Source: Malacoraja senta
Taxonomy: Eukaryota
NCBI GenBank assembly: GCA_038087875.1
Contig: CM075989.1
Location: forward strand, 5,270,001 to 5,334,000
DNA length: 64,000 nucleotides
Direction: 5' to 3'
In this document: positions 1 through 12,352 of the stretch, in pieces
Layout of the letters: the number at the start of each line of letters is the position of its first letter
Position numbering within the stretch: the stretch's first letter is position 1
The notes under the pieces: generated by a model
Told to the model about the DNA's origin: nothing
What the model saw: only the letters and a program-made list of their open reading frames with translations
Databases searched by the model: none
Translations under genes and position numbers: made by a program

Positions 1-399
1 ATTTATACTTAAATTCTGGAAAAAGACAGCAGTCCCTCCAGTGAAGATGTGGATTACAGAAATGACGGACACACTACATCTAGAGAGAATTAGGTTTGTG
101 ATGAATGATAAACCCGAACAATTTTTTAAAATATGGTCTCCTTTTATAGAATTTCTTGAGCAACACAATAGTTGAACACAAATTCGAAACTTTATAGGGC
201 TGGGTGAGCGGGCGTATGGATGGGTCGATTGATATGTCTCCTCTCTTTTCTTTCTTTCTTTTCTCTCTCTCTTCTCCTTCTCCTCTTCTTAATATAATGT
301 TCTGTTTGGAAAATGTTAAAATCGAAGCTGTTCACAAAGTTGTAACATAGTCAAGTTTTTTGTACAATTGCTTCAAATAAAATAAATATTTTAAAAAAA
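1..399 (+). mobile_element. 3' end of an L1-clade LINE (ORF2 C-terminus, 3'UTR, A-rich tail)
   Basis: Frame 2 (2-175) reads FILKFWKKTAVPPVKMWITEMTDTLHLERIRFVMNDKPEQFFKIWSPFIEFLEQHNS*, resembling the fish-type L1 ORF2 terminus (W..W..E..F.KIW.PF). A pyrimidine-rich UTR, AATAAA repeats and an A-run follow at ~376-399. Confidence 0.75.
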
Positions 400-662
400 T
401 CAACTACAATTCACAAGACTTGGCCATCCTCTGTCAGGTAACACCATCGCCTTCCATGTCATTCGGTTTCTCTTGGTATCCACCTGATCATAGTCATTTC
501 CTTGCTTCTCTCCAATCTTCCCCCCACCCCTACCCCTTCTCTACAACTTAAGACACGTTCAGTTTAGTTTAGTTTGTGTTTAGTTCATTGTCATGTGTAC
601 CGAGGTACAGTGAAAAGCTTTTTGTTGCGTGCTAACCAGTCAGCAGAAAGACAATGATGAAA

Positions 663-704
663 AATGAGTCTGAAGAAGGGTCTCGACCCGAAACGTCACC
701 CATT
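663..704 (+). ncRNA. Minimal type-I hammerhead ribozyme-like motif (Penelope-associated), representative copy
   Basis: CTGAAGA (670-676), extra A, GGGTC-TC-GACCC helix II (678-689), GAAA (690-693), CG, then TC putative cleavage site (696-697). Flanks aatgagt/acccatt can pair 6/7 as helix I in this copy. The identical core recurs at 5998-6025 and 40976-41003 (+) and 2848-2875 (-). Activity is not shown. Confidence 0.6.
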
Positions 705-3700
705 CCTTCTCTCCAGAGATGCTCCCTGTCCCGCTGAGTTACTCCAGCTTTTGTGTGTCTAACCACGGTGTACAGACACACGATAAAGGGAATACCGATT
801 AATGCAAGATGAAGTCCAGTAAAGTCCAATTCAAAAAAGTCCAAGGATCTCCAATGAGGTAGATGGTAGCTCAGGAATGCTCTCTAGTTGTTGATAGGGG
901 GATTCAGTAAAGTTTCTAACTTTTCCTAGTTCTAATTAAGGTCACCAGTTTGAAGCTCTAACTTTGCTTCTCTTCACCAATGCTGTAAAATTCACGGAGT
1001 AATTCTGACTTTTTGACATTTTTGTCCCGCCTGTTGACGTTTGGCACACACCCCTCTAAACCTCTTCCATGCAAGGTCCTCTCCAAATGTCTTTTAAATG
1101 TTGTAGTTGCACCTGCCTCAACGACCCACTCCGGTAGCTTGTTCCAAATGCCCACCACCCACTGTTTGAAAAAAATTGTCCTTCAGGTTCCTATTAAATA
1201 TTTTAAATCTCACCTCACGCCTACGCCCTCAGGTTCTTGTTTCCCCTTCGCTTCTGCATGATCATTTCCATTCCACTTTGACGGATGCTTTTGCCATTTT
1301 CTGACTCACTCAGTTCTTCAGGTTGTTGTCCAAATGCAGGGTTCTCAAGCCCACACTGTATCCTTTCCTTCTCCCATTTTGAGCTGAGGGAAGTATATCA
1401 CCACAGCAGAGGGTGTCCCAGCTTTAGCTGGTGTCCCATTCTTACACACTGCATTTACTCCCGAGGTCAGATAACAGACCAATTACTTAAAGAAGCAGCA
1501 TTCAATGATGGCATGGAGCCAGACGATGTTACAGGTTCAGCTGCAAACAAGTACCTGTCCCTGCCTGCAGCCGGAGTGGAATATCTTTTATCACCTGGGA
1601 TTGAGGAAATTCTTAGCGATGATGGAAAAAGTTATCTAAAAGATTTCCAAGTGTCGCACCCAAGACTATTCCAGATGTTATTGTGGTGCCAAGTTCACAA
1701 GTTATAGGAGTAGAAATATGCCATTCGGCCCATCGAGTCTACTTCGCCATTCAACCATGGCTGATCTCTGCCTCCTAATCTCATTTTCCTGCCTTCACCC
1801 CATAACCCTTGACTCCCATTCAAATGAAGAACTTGTCTGCTTAAACATATCTGACTTGGCCTCCACAGCCCTCTGTGGCAATGAGTTCCACAGAGTAACT
1901 ACCCTCTGACTAAAGAGGTTCCTCCTCACCTTGTTAAAAGATTGTATGGTACCTTATAATCTATTTTGGGTTTTAAAAGTTAATGGATTGGGGAAGAAGG
2001 GACTTGGAGAGGTTAGAGGATTTGGAGACCCAGGAAAGATTGAGATCCAATTAAAGCTCCTGCCTTTTATGACCCCTGGTCTTTCCAAAGTACATTTCAT
2101 GTGCAGTCACTGTTGTTAAGGAGGAAATGCAGCCAGTTGATAATAACCAGATATTTTAGTTAAGCAATAGCAGGGCGTCAGGTAGGGCATTGGGGGCAAG
2201 TGCATATTGGCAAGTAGAGTTGGGAGAATGCTTTGAAATACGCGCTAAATCCTCTTTATCTGCTATTCATGTGCTGGAGTTTACATACAATATTCAATTA
2301 AACCCCCCCTATCCCCACCCCAACCTTAGAAACCAGCAAAATCAGGAGAATATGTAAACTCCACACAGACAGCACCAGAGGTTGGGTTTGAATACTTCTT
2401 GAGTATCGTCCTTGACCTCGAGGGAGATGGACATAACTACTGATGCTGGGATCACGAGCAAAACACAAAGTACTGGAGGAACTCGGCGGGTCAGGCAGGA
2501 TTTGTGGAGTTAAGACTAAAGAATGGTCCCCACCTGAAATGTCATCTGTCCATTCCCTCCACATATACTGAGTTCCTCCAGCACTTTGTGTTTTGCTCAT
2601 GATCCTGAGGGTATGTCGTAAGGCTCAGATTTACATTTCAATCAATGGGATGAAAGATTTAACCATAAATTAACAACTTGTTCGGAATCCTTCAAGTCTG
2701 GCAGCAATGGACATCAATCTTTCACCTGTGTGTAGGGACGAACTGCTGATGTGTGTTTACACCAAAGATAGAAACAAAATGCTGGTAGTAAAACATGCTG
2801 GAGAAACTCAGCGGGTGAGGCAGCATCTATGGAGCGAAGGAATAGGTGACGTTTCGGGTCGAGACCCTTCTTCAGACAATTCTTCAGTCTGAGGAAGGGT
2901 CTTGACCCGAAATATCACCTATTCCTTATCTCCTGAGATGCTGCCTGTCCCACTGAGTTGCTCCAGCATTTTGTGTCAACCATTCGCCAGTGCTTAGCTA
3001 CTTGGAGTAGAAATATGATGTGTAGATAAGGAACGCCAGTGGATGATGAATGGTGTGTTTGTCGGCAGTCAACTCTGGAGATCCTCAATCACAGCGGGCG
3101 ATTTCCAGTGGAACAGTTGTCGTGAACCTCGGCCGCCTCAAGGTGTGGTGCACTCCAACCCCATGGCTGTGAATGGCTTTGCTTGGATATCATTGTCAAA
3201 ATCTTGCATGCAGCCACACATTAAACAATTGAGGCATGATGATGAACAAGGTAATGTGAGTTCATCTCTTGTAGAGTAATCTGTTATTTATTGACAAGCT
3301 GCCTCCTTGGCAGGATGTCAATGATTTATGTGGGAAGGAACTGCAGATAGACACAAATTGCTGGAGTAACTCAGCGGGACAGGCAGCATCTCTGGAGGGA
3401 AGGATTGGGTGACCCTTCTTGAAGAAGGGGCTTGACCCGAAACGTCACCCATTCCTGCTCTCCAGACATGCTGCCTGTCCTGCTGAGTTACTCCAGCATC
3501 TTAGACAATAGACAATAGGTGCAGGAGTAGGCCATTCAGCCCTTCGAGCCAGCACCGCCATTCAATGTGATCATGGCTGATCATCCCCAATCAGTGCCCC
3601 GTTCCTGCCTTCTCCCCATATCCCCCGACTCCACTATTTTTAAGAGTCCTATCTAGCTCTCTCTTGAAACCATCTTGTGTCTTTCTTTGGTGTAAACCAG

Positions 3701-4227
3701 CATCTGCAGTTCTTTGTGCAGGAAGGTAGACACAAAATGCTGGAGTAACTCAGTGGAACAGGCAGCAACACCGAAGATAGACACAAGATGCTGGTAAATT
3801 ATTTAGTTTGTCAGTCCTGATGCAAAGATTGCACATTTCTACTAGCTTTTGTGCACTGAGATAGTATCTCAGCATATTGTTATGACAGCTTCTCCTTTGA
3901 GATGGAACAAGGCATACTAATCCTGATGATAGACACAAAATGCTGGAGTAACTCAGTGGGACAGGCTTCTTCAGACTTCCCAGCTGCTATCAGGCAACTG
4001 AATCATCCTACCACAACCAGAGAACAGTGCGGAACTACAGTCTACCTCACTGGTGACCCTTGGACTATCCTTGACTGGACAGATTCACTGATTAACTGTA
4101 CTTGCAATAACCCGGTTGACCAACAAATACCGGATCAGATTTAATGTGTGTGTGTGAGTGCCTTTGAGGTAATTTTTTCCATCATCACTAAGATCTTCCT
4201 CAACCGCAGGTGTTAAAAGATATTTCA

Positions 4228-4716
4228 TTTACGAGATTGATCCCTGGGGTGGCGGGACTGTCATATGAGGAAAGATTGAAAAGACTAGGCTTGTATTCAC
4301 TGGAGTTTAGAAGGATAAGGGGGGGGGGGATCTTAAAGAAACATATAAAATTATAAAAGGACTGGACAAGCGAGATGCAGGAAAAATGTTCCCAATGTTG
4401 GGCGAGTCCAGAACCAGGGGCCACAGTCTTAGAATAAAGGGGAGGTCATTTAAGACTGAGGTGAGAAAAACCTTTTTCACCCAGAGAGTTGTGAATTTGT
4501 GGAATTCCCTGCCACAGAGGGCAGTGGAGGCCGAATCACTGGATGGATTTAAGAGAGAGTTAGATAGAGCTCTGGGGGCTAGTGGAGTCAAGGGTGAAGG
4601 CAGGCACGGGTTATTGATTGGGGACGATCAGCCATGATCACAATGAATGGCGGTGCTGTCTCGAAGGGCCGAATGGCCTCCTTCTGCACCTGTTTTCTAT
4701 GTTTCTATGTTTCTAT
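4228..4716 (+). mobile_element. CR1/HER1-type LINE 3' fragment
   Basis: Encodes ...SRTRGHSLRIKG...FFTQRVVNLWNSLP... (CR1 ORF2 C-terminus). Has the GGGCCGAATGGCCT stem-loop and a (TTTCTATG)n tail. Confidence 0.85.
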
Positions 4717-5616
4717 TCTGGTTGTATTTGTTTGCAGCAGTACTTGTAATATCTTAAACAGAGACAAGGTACTGGAGTAACCCAGCATGTCAGGCAGCAT
4801 CTCTGGAGAACATGGATGGATGGTTTAAACCAGTTTTCTCGCACTGTGTAGGGAAGGAACTGCAGATGCTGGTTTAAACCGAAGATAGACACAAAATGCT
4901 GGAGTAACTAAACTGTGTTGCTATTGAGACATAGTACAGCTCCAAGACTGGCAAGCTTTACCAAGAGATGGTAATAGAGTGGATGAAGTTAAATTCGATT
5001 AGTACGGGTGTCAGAGGTTCTGGGGAGAAGGCAGGAGAATGGGGTTAGGATGGAGAGATAGATGAGCCATGATTGAATGGTGGAGTAGACTTGTTGGGCT
5101 GAATGGCCTCATTCTTCCCCAATCATCTATAATATAATCTTACGAAATTGGCCTTTCTTGTACTTGATGGAAGCTATACAACATTCCATGGCATTATTTC
5201 AAAGGATTGTGGGCTAAGCTTGGCATTTATAGCCAATACCTATTTTATGTACAATGAAAGTCAAACATTGTGTCTTCAATCATGTTGGCTCTTGCTATGT
5301 GCAATTGGCTGCTGCATTCTCCACAAGAAGGCTCTTGAAGTGCAAAACTATTTGTCAGGTGGTGTTTGGATTTCTGAGATTCTGTGTAAAATTATAAGCC
5401 GTTTTGCTTTTTATTGAATAGTACAGAGCTGTTTGAAGGAAGGGGAGGGAGTGAATGCAGGGCGTATCTCATGTTGGCCTGTGCTGGAAAATAACACAGC
5501 ATCAGCATGCCTGTCTATGAGTTTTGCACCTTACATCTGCACTTCCCATCAGACAACTTAAAGCAACACGGTGGCATAGGAGAGGGAAGGGAAGAGGGAA
5601 ACAGTTTCGAGTTTAA

Positions 5617-5842
5617 AGGGCCTGTCCCACTTGGGTGACATTTGCGCGTTATGCAGTTGGCGCGCAAAGATTTTGTACATCCCAAAATCCTGGGGCGCCG
5701 CGCGCGACTGCATGTCACTGCCTACGTCACCATGCACAAAGCGTGCGTAATGCACACCATCACGTGCGCGCGTCATGCGTCGCGAGGCGTAAATGATGTC
5801 GCGTAAATTACGCGCAAATGACGCCCAAGTGGGACAGGCCCT
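5617..5842. mobile_element. PIF/Harbinger-type MITE
   Basis: TIRs AGGGCCTGTCCCACTTGGG...CCCAAGTGGGACAGGCCCT, flanked by TAA (5614-5616 and 5843-5845). CpG-rich palindromic interior, no coding capacity. Confidence 0.8.
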
Positions 5843-5853
5843 TAACTCTCTGT

Positions 5854-6127
5854 TAGGAAGGAACTTCATATACTGATTTAAAGATAGAGACCAAAAGCTG
5901 GAGTAACTCAGCGGGTCAGGCGGCATCTCTGGAGAAAAAGGAATGGGTGACGTTTCAGGTCGAGCCCCTTCAGTTTAACACTCCCCTGATTCTCAGTCTG
6001 AAGAAGGGTCTCGACCCGAAACGTCACCTATTCCTTTTCTCCAGAGATGCTGCCTGACCCACTGAGCTACTGCAGCTTTTTGTGTCTATCTTCAGTGTAA
6101 ACCAGCATCTGCAGTTCCTTCCTACAC
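5854..6127. repeat. Fold-back (inverted) pair of Penelope-derived terminal repeats
   Basis: The left arm is approximately the reverse complement of the right arm (~120 bp each) around a short spacer. The right arm carries an intact hammerhead core at 5998-6025. Confidence 0.8.
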
Positions 6128-6469
6128 GTTATGGGTAAAATGGTTGTTTCCTCCTTTAAACTTGCGCAAATCTGGTCGTGAAGAGGGAATTAAAAACATG
6201 TATTTCAAAGTTAAAATCTTCGAAACAAGATGTCCAAACATTCTCAGCAGTTCCGTGACATGTTTAGATAAGAGTTCACGTTATTTTGTTCCAGAGAGGC
6301 TTGGAATACCACATGGATTCACAAGTAGGTTTTATTTATACAGAGTGACCTTTAAGTAATGGCAATGCTTGAGTGATAACTCAGATGCATAATCTAAACA
6401 GTACATGTGCTCTTAAATCATTTTGTTTACTTCTGGGGGCAGTTAACTCCATGTGGAACATGTACTATT

Positions 6470-6845
6470 GTAGTCGCTGCCTCAAAAAGACAGCCAAAAT
6501 CATCAAGGTCCCACACCATCCTGGCCACACACGTATCTCACCACTGCCATCAGGAAGAAGGTACAGGAGCCTGAAAACTGTTACGTCCAGTTTCAGGAAC
6601 AGCTTCTTTCCCACAGCCATCAGGCTATTAAACACAACAAATAAGCTCTGAGCTCTGAACTGCAAAAGACTATATTATTATTTGTTATTTGCACTATATT
6701 TGTTATTTATTGAACTTTTTCTTTTTTTCCCCCGTTATATACAATGTTTACATATTCACATATTCTGTTGTGCTGCAGCCAGTAAGATTTTCATTGTCCC
6801 GTCCGGGACATATGACAATAAAACACTCTTGACTCTACTCTGATA
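6470..6845 (+). mobile_element. Rex1/Babar-like LINE 3' fragment
   Basis: Encodes ...HHPGHTRISPLPSGRRYRSLKTVTSSFRNSFFPTAIRLLN (LPSGRR/NSFFP signature). Ends in GACAATAAA plus a (CTCTTGA)-like tail. Confidence 0.75.
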
Positions 6846-7312
6846 GATAATGGCTATAATTCTGTTCATCAGCCAGCATCCATTAATGTTGACCTACTCA
6901 TCTCTAGATAATACAGACTTTACAGATACAGTGCGGAAACAGGCCCTTCGCTGACCAGCTACCACCCCATACACTATTCTACACACGAGGGGACAATTTC
7001 CCAATTTTTACTGATGCCAGGTAACCTATAAACCTGCACATATTTGGAGTTTGGGAGGAAACTGGAGAAAACCCGCACAGTCACAGGGGGAACGTACAAA
7101 CTCCATACTGACAGCACCCGTAGTCATGATTGAACCTGGGTCTCTGGTGCTGTTAGGCAGCAGCTGTACTGCAGCACCTCTGTGGAGGAACAGGAGAATA
7201 ATAGGCATTCAAAACCTAGGAAGGCATTTTACCAATGTGGGCACTACTGTAGCACCTGCTTGCCCCTTGTCTTTGGGGAAATGCTGTGCTGTGCTGTGCC
7301 GCTGCAAGGTAA

Positions 7313-7650
7313 AGGGCCTGTCCCACTTTCCCGAGTTATTCACGGCTTCTCCCGAGTTTTCCCCTTGATTCAAACTCACAGAATGTTCGTAACGGGTCTG
7401 TAGGAGGTTGTAGGAGTCCGTGGATATATCGTAAACCAGCCGTAGGTACACGGGGCATCCTCCTGACTATTTTTTTACTCGTGGACATTTTTTAATCAGG
7501 CTGGAAAAAACGTCCCGACTTACCTGATGCCCCAAGTACCTACGGCTGGCATAACGAGCCGCTACGATATATCCACGGACTCCTACGGCCTCCTAAGGAC
7601 CCGTTACGAACATCCTGCGAGTTCGAATCAAGGGGAAAACTCGGGAGAAA
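7313..7650. mobile_element. PIF/Harbinger-type MITE, right end truncated
   Basis: TAA followed by the left TIR AGGGCCTGTCCCAC. The interior is similar to the element at 49048-49352. No right TIR. Confidence 0.65.
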
Positions 7651-9449
7651 GAAGAATTAAGAATTTCATTGTTCTATCGGGGACATATGACAATAAAACA
7701 CTCTTGACCCGTGACTCTTGTGTCACTGAGTCTGTCAGCTCTGAATGCTGGCCCAGGTCCTGACCAGTCAGACATTTTTCTTTGATAGGCAGATGTTTGG
7801 ACAAAGGCCGGAGATGAATAGACAGTAGGTGTGAGACAAAAGGAGTTGCAACTTGGTGGAAGGATGAGGGAGGAAATAAGTGCGAGTTTCGGTGGGGTAC
7901 AGGAGAGGGGGGGGGGGGCGAGGAGGGATGGGACGAGGAGGAGGGATACATGGGGGAGAAAGAGAGAGAGGGAGGGTTACACTTGACCCGCTGAGTTACT
8001 CCAGCACTTTGAGTGTTCTTTTGTAAACCAGTACCTGCAGTTCCTTGTTTCTATGTATTAGCAAAAGCTAATGTTGTTGGAGGCAAAGGAAGACAGGATT
8101 GAAGAGGAATTATTTTTCTGATCCCATCCCTCATGGAAGCGCTCTCTCTGTTCAACCCACTACCCTTTCTTAAGAGGTTCAGAGCGGAGAGCTGGCGGCT
8201 GAACTGGTCATAAATTAACGCTTTGAATTTTTGTTTAAAATTTGGAAGAAAATGAGTTCCCTCTGAACCATAAATATTTATATTCTCCACCTGTAGCAAA
8301 GATGGACATATTGATTGATTGAAAGATACAGCGCGGAAACAGGCCCTTCGGCCCGCCAAGTCCACACTGACCATCGACCAGCCATTCACACTATTTTATG
8401 TTATCCCACTGTTCCATTCACACCCTCATGGGCACACAGAGCAACTTACAGGGGAATATTAACCCACTTTCCAGCACATCTTTGGGGGAAATCAGAAAAC
8501 CCACATGGTCACAGGGAAAACATGCAAACTCCACATGGGCAACACCAGAGGTCAGGATCGAACCCAGGTCTCTGACGCTATAGGAAGGATGTTGTAAATC
8601 TGGAACGAGTGCAGGGAAGATTAACGAGGATGTTGCCAGGACTTGAGGACCAGAGCTACAGGGCGAGGTTGGGCAGAAGACTTTAGTCCTTGGAGTGCAG
8701 GAGGATGAGGGGTGATCTTATAGTTATAAAATCATGAGGGGAATACAGTGACAGGGTAAATGCACAGTCTTTTACCTAGAATAGAGGAATCATGAAGTAG
8801 AGGACATAGGTTTAAGGTGAGAGGGGAAATACTTCCCTAAGGAATAGGAACCTGAGTGTATTGGGTATATGAGATAGTTGAGCCTGAGGAGATAGTTGAG
8901 GCAGATACTATAACAACATTTTACAAGGCATTTGCATGTATAGTCTTTGTAAAGAGTGCTTCTGCTTCATTTCCAATAGAAGTTAGAGTGTGAATATTGG
9001 AGTGGTCATATAGTCATACAGCATGGAAACAGGCCCATCGGCCCAACATACCTAGGCCGACCAAAATACCCCCATCTACACAGTCCATATGGGCCAAATG
9101 CGGGCAGGTGAGACTGTGTAGATGGGGTATTTTGGTCAGGTTCGATCCTGACTACGGGTGCTGTCTGTACGGAGTTTGTACGTTTTCCCCGTGACCAGTG
9201 TGGGTTTTCTCCGAGATCTCCGGTTTCCTCCCACACTCCAAAGGCATTGTTTGTAGGTTAATTGGCTTGATAAATTGTAAATTGTGCCTAGTGTGTTGGA
9301 CAGTGTTAATGTGTGGGGATCGCTGGTTGGAACAGACTCATTCGGGCCGATGGACCTGTTACCATGCTCTATCTCCAAACTCAACTAAACTAAACATCCA
9401 CCATCTAGGCCTATCTGATGGTATTCATGTGCTTCTGTTTACTCCATAG

Positions 9450-9578
9450 AAGAGCATCCGTGTAAACCCAACCCTTGCCAGAATGGAGGATCATGCCTGG
9501 CTGGAATCTCCTCAGATCCCTATCACTGCATCTGCATGGACGGATTTACTGGGAAAGTCTGCGCTGAGGTGGAGCAAG
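9450..9578 (+). CDS. MFGE8: MFGE8 (lactadherin)-like exon: EGF-like domain 1
   Basis: tag|AA...CAAG|gtgaga, 129 nt, phase 1-1. Encodes [42 protein letters not shown] (six-Cys EGF). Splices in frame to 19323 (G+GC = Gly). Not captured in the supplied ORF track. Confidence 0.9.
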
Positions 9579-9857
9579 GTGAGACTCTGGGAAAGTCCCG
9601 ACTCAACATGGCTGGATGGTGAAGCTTACGCTGACTGCTCTTCTGCCTTTTCCTTTCGGCATGGCTGTTATCTATCTCTTGCTGGTGAAAACATTTGAAG
9701 GTTCTGTGGCTTTAAATGGAAGCAAGATAAGTTCAACATGTTCTAGGAGCAGAATTAGGCCATTAAGTCTACACTGCCATTCAATCATGGCTGATCTATC
9801 ACTCCCTCCTAACCCCATTTTCTTCCTTCTCCCCATAACCCCAGACACCCGCACTAA

Positions 9858-10430
9858 GGGCGGCACAGTGGCGCATCAGTAGAGTTGCTGCCTTAAGGGC
9901 CTGTCCCACTTTCACGACCTAATTCACGACCTCTGCCGAGTTTGCCCTTGACTCATACTCGCAGCATGGTCGTCACGAGGTCGTAGGATGTCGTAGGAGG
10001 TCGTAGGTAGGTCGTAGGTAAGTCATGATGCTAGTCGTAGGTACTCGTGGCATCAAGTAGGTCGGGGCGTTTTTCTAGCCTGATGAAAAATGTCCACGAG
10101 TAAAAAAAGTTGTGAATTAGTTCGTGAAAGTGGGACAGCGCTTGCAGCGCCAGAGACCCGGGTTTGATCCCGACTACGGGTGCTGTGTGTACGGAGTTTG
10201 TACATTCTCCCCGTGACCGCGTGGGTTTTCTCCGAGATCTTCTGTTTCCTCCCACACTCCAAAGTCGTACGGATTTGTAGGTTAATTGGCTTGGGTTTGT
10301 ATACTTGGTATCAGTTTAAATTGTCCCTAGTGTGTGCAGGCTTGTATTGATGTGCGTGGATCGCTGGTCGGCGCGGACTCAGTGGGCCAAAGGGCCCGTT
10401 TCCGCACTGTATCTCTAAACTAAACTGAAA
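9858..10430 (+). mobile_element. HE1-type V-SINE interrupted by a Harbinger-type MITE (9896-10138)
   Basis: tRNA-like head, V-domain (TCTCCCCGTGACCGCGTGGGTTTTCTCC) and (CTAAA)n tail. The MITE begins after TTA at 9893-9895; its right TIR is cut at the ACAG shared with the SINE. Confidence 0.8.
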
Positions 10431-11364
10431 GTAATCAAGAATCCATCTCTCTCTGCCTTTAAAATATCCATTGACTTGGCCTTGGATGAATGCAACCTTG
10501 CAATGGAATTGCTGAGATAATGGAGAGCACACTGAAGTCAGGGGGAGCAACAATAGATCATTGCCCTGCAACTAAAACTTGGCCTCGTTCCCTGAAAGCC
10601 TCTCTTAGAAGAGAGAAAAGACGCATTCAGACTCCATCAATATCTTATTCATTAGCAAGGCCATGCAGCTGGTAGTTGTGGGTAAACCCCTCTGTTAGTT
10701 ATTTCAAACTTTGATTTTACGTACTGTTGACATACGAGAATCATAACAGGATGGAAAATCAAGTCACGATATATCACAATTTTTCAATGCATGCAGAGAA
10801 AGTTGTCCTTGAAATGGTGAACATTAACCGTTAAACCATTTAAGTAACTGTTCGACAGGTACATGGATAGGACGTTTGGAGGGATATGGACCAAGCGCAG
10901 GCAGGTGGAACTAGTATACCTGGGACATGTTGGCCGGTATCAGCAAGTTGGGCCGAAGGGCATGTTCCACACTATGACTCTATGACTCTGAGAGTGTTTT
11001 ATTGTCATATGTCCCAGATAGAACAATTAAATTCTTACTTGCAGCAGCACAACAGAATATGTAAACATAGTACACTGGAAACAATATAATAAACGAGAGA
11101 TTGAAAAAAAGTTCAGTGTGTGTGTATATACACACACTCACAAACACACATCAATATAGATCATATATATATATATACACGCAAGCATACGTACACAAAA
11201 AACAAATAAGAATAGTGCAATAATAACAATAATAATAATAATAATAATAATAGATTTTATTTATATAGCGCTTTTCAGGACTCAAAGTCGCTTAGTCTAT
11301 GTAATAGTCTATGTAGTTCCGAGCTTATTTGAGGTTGTGGTATCTAATAGCCGAATGGCTGTCT

Positions 11365-11828
11365 TCATAAGTTCATGAGTTCTTGGAGCAGAGTTAGGCC
11401 ATTCGGCCCATCAAGTCTACTCCACCATTCAATCATGGCTGATCTATCTCTCCCTCTCAACCCCATTCTCCTGCCTTCCCCCCATAACCCCTGACACCCG
11501 TACTAATCAAGAATCTATCTATCTCTGCTATAAAAATATCCATTGACTTGGTCTCCAAAGCCTTCTGTGGCAAAAAACTCCACAGAGTCACCACCCTCTG
11601 ACTAAAGAAGTTCCTCCTCATCTCCTTCCTTAAGGAACATCCTTTAATTCTGAGGATATGACCTCTGGTCCTAGACTCTCCCACCTAGTGGAAACATCCT
11701 CTCCACATCCACTCTACCCAGGCCTTTCACTATTTGGTAAGTTTCAATGAGGTGACCCCTCATCCTTCTAAACTCCAGTGAGGGCAGGCCCAGTGCCGTC
11801 AAACGCTCATCATATGTTAACCCACTCA
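11365..11828 (-). mobile_element. CR1/HER1-type LINE 3' fragment
   Basis: Minus-strand ORFs give ...LEFRRMRGHLIETYQIVKGL... and ...FFSQRVVTLWSFLPQ...; 3' stem-loop present. Confidence 0.85.
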
Positions 11829-12303
11829 GTCTTGCAGTCAGATGGGATCCTATACAACCACGGGACATCCAAAAATTCTGTACTGCCCTTGGAATAGCCG
11901 TTGAAGATTGCGGAATACTGCAAGCCAGTAGTTCCATTAATGAGGTGGTAGTTCTGGACGGCACGGTGGCGCAGCGGTAAAGTTGCTGCCTTACAACGCC
12001 AGGGACCCAGGTTCGATCCTGACTACGGGTGCTGTCTGTACAGAGTTTGTACATCCTCCCTGTGACCTGCGTGGGTTTCCTCCCACACTCCAAAGATGTA
12101 CAGATTTGTAGGTTAATTGGCTTGGTAAAATTGTCCCTATGTGTGTAGGATAGTTAGTGCATGGGCTTCGCTGTTCGATGCGGGCTTGGTCGGCCGAAGG
12201 GTCTGTTTCCACGCTGTATCTCTAAATGAAAGCTATCACCAACACAAGTACAGTTGGGCACTGCAACAATAAACAGGGCAGTATCTCAAATTGAAGGACA
12301 TCT

Positions 12304-12310
<7 letters not shown>

Positions 12311-12347
<37 letters not shown>
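12311..12347. repeat. (CT)n microsatellite
   Basis: Uninterrupted TC dinucleotide run. Confidence 0.9.

Positions 12348-12352
<5 letters not shown>

Noticed and set aside
1285..1707. 140-aa ORF in non-repetitive sequence
   Set aside because: No recognisable domain or convincing splice context; consistent with a chance ORF.
5148..5417. Hydrophobic ORF (CWLLLCAIGCCIL...) as the MFGE8 signal-peptide exon
   Set aside because: Weak donor (cag|gtggtg), atypical signal peptide and no promoter-like context. Exon 1 was not identified and probably lies upstream of the window.
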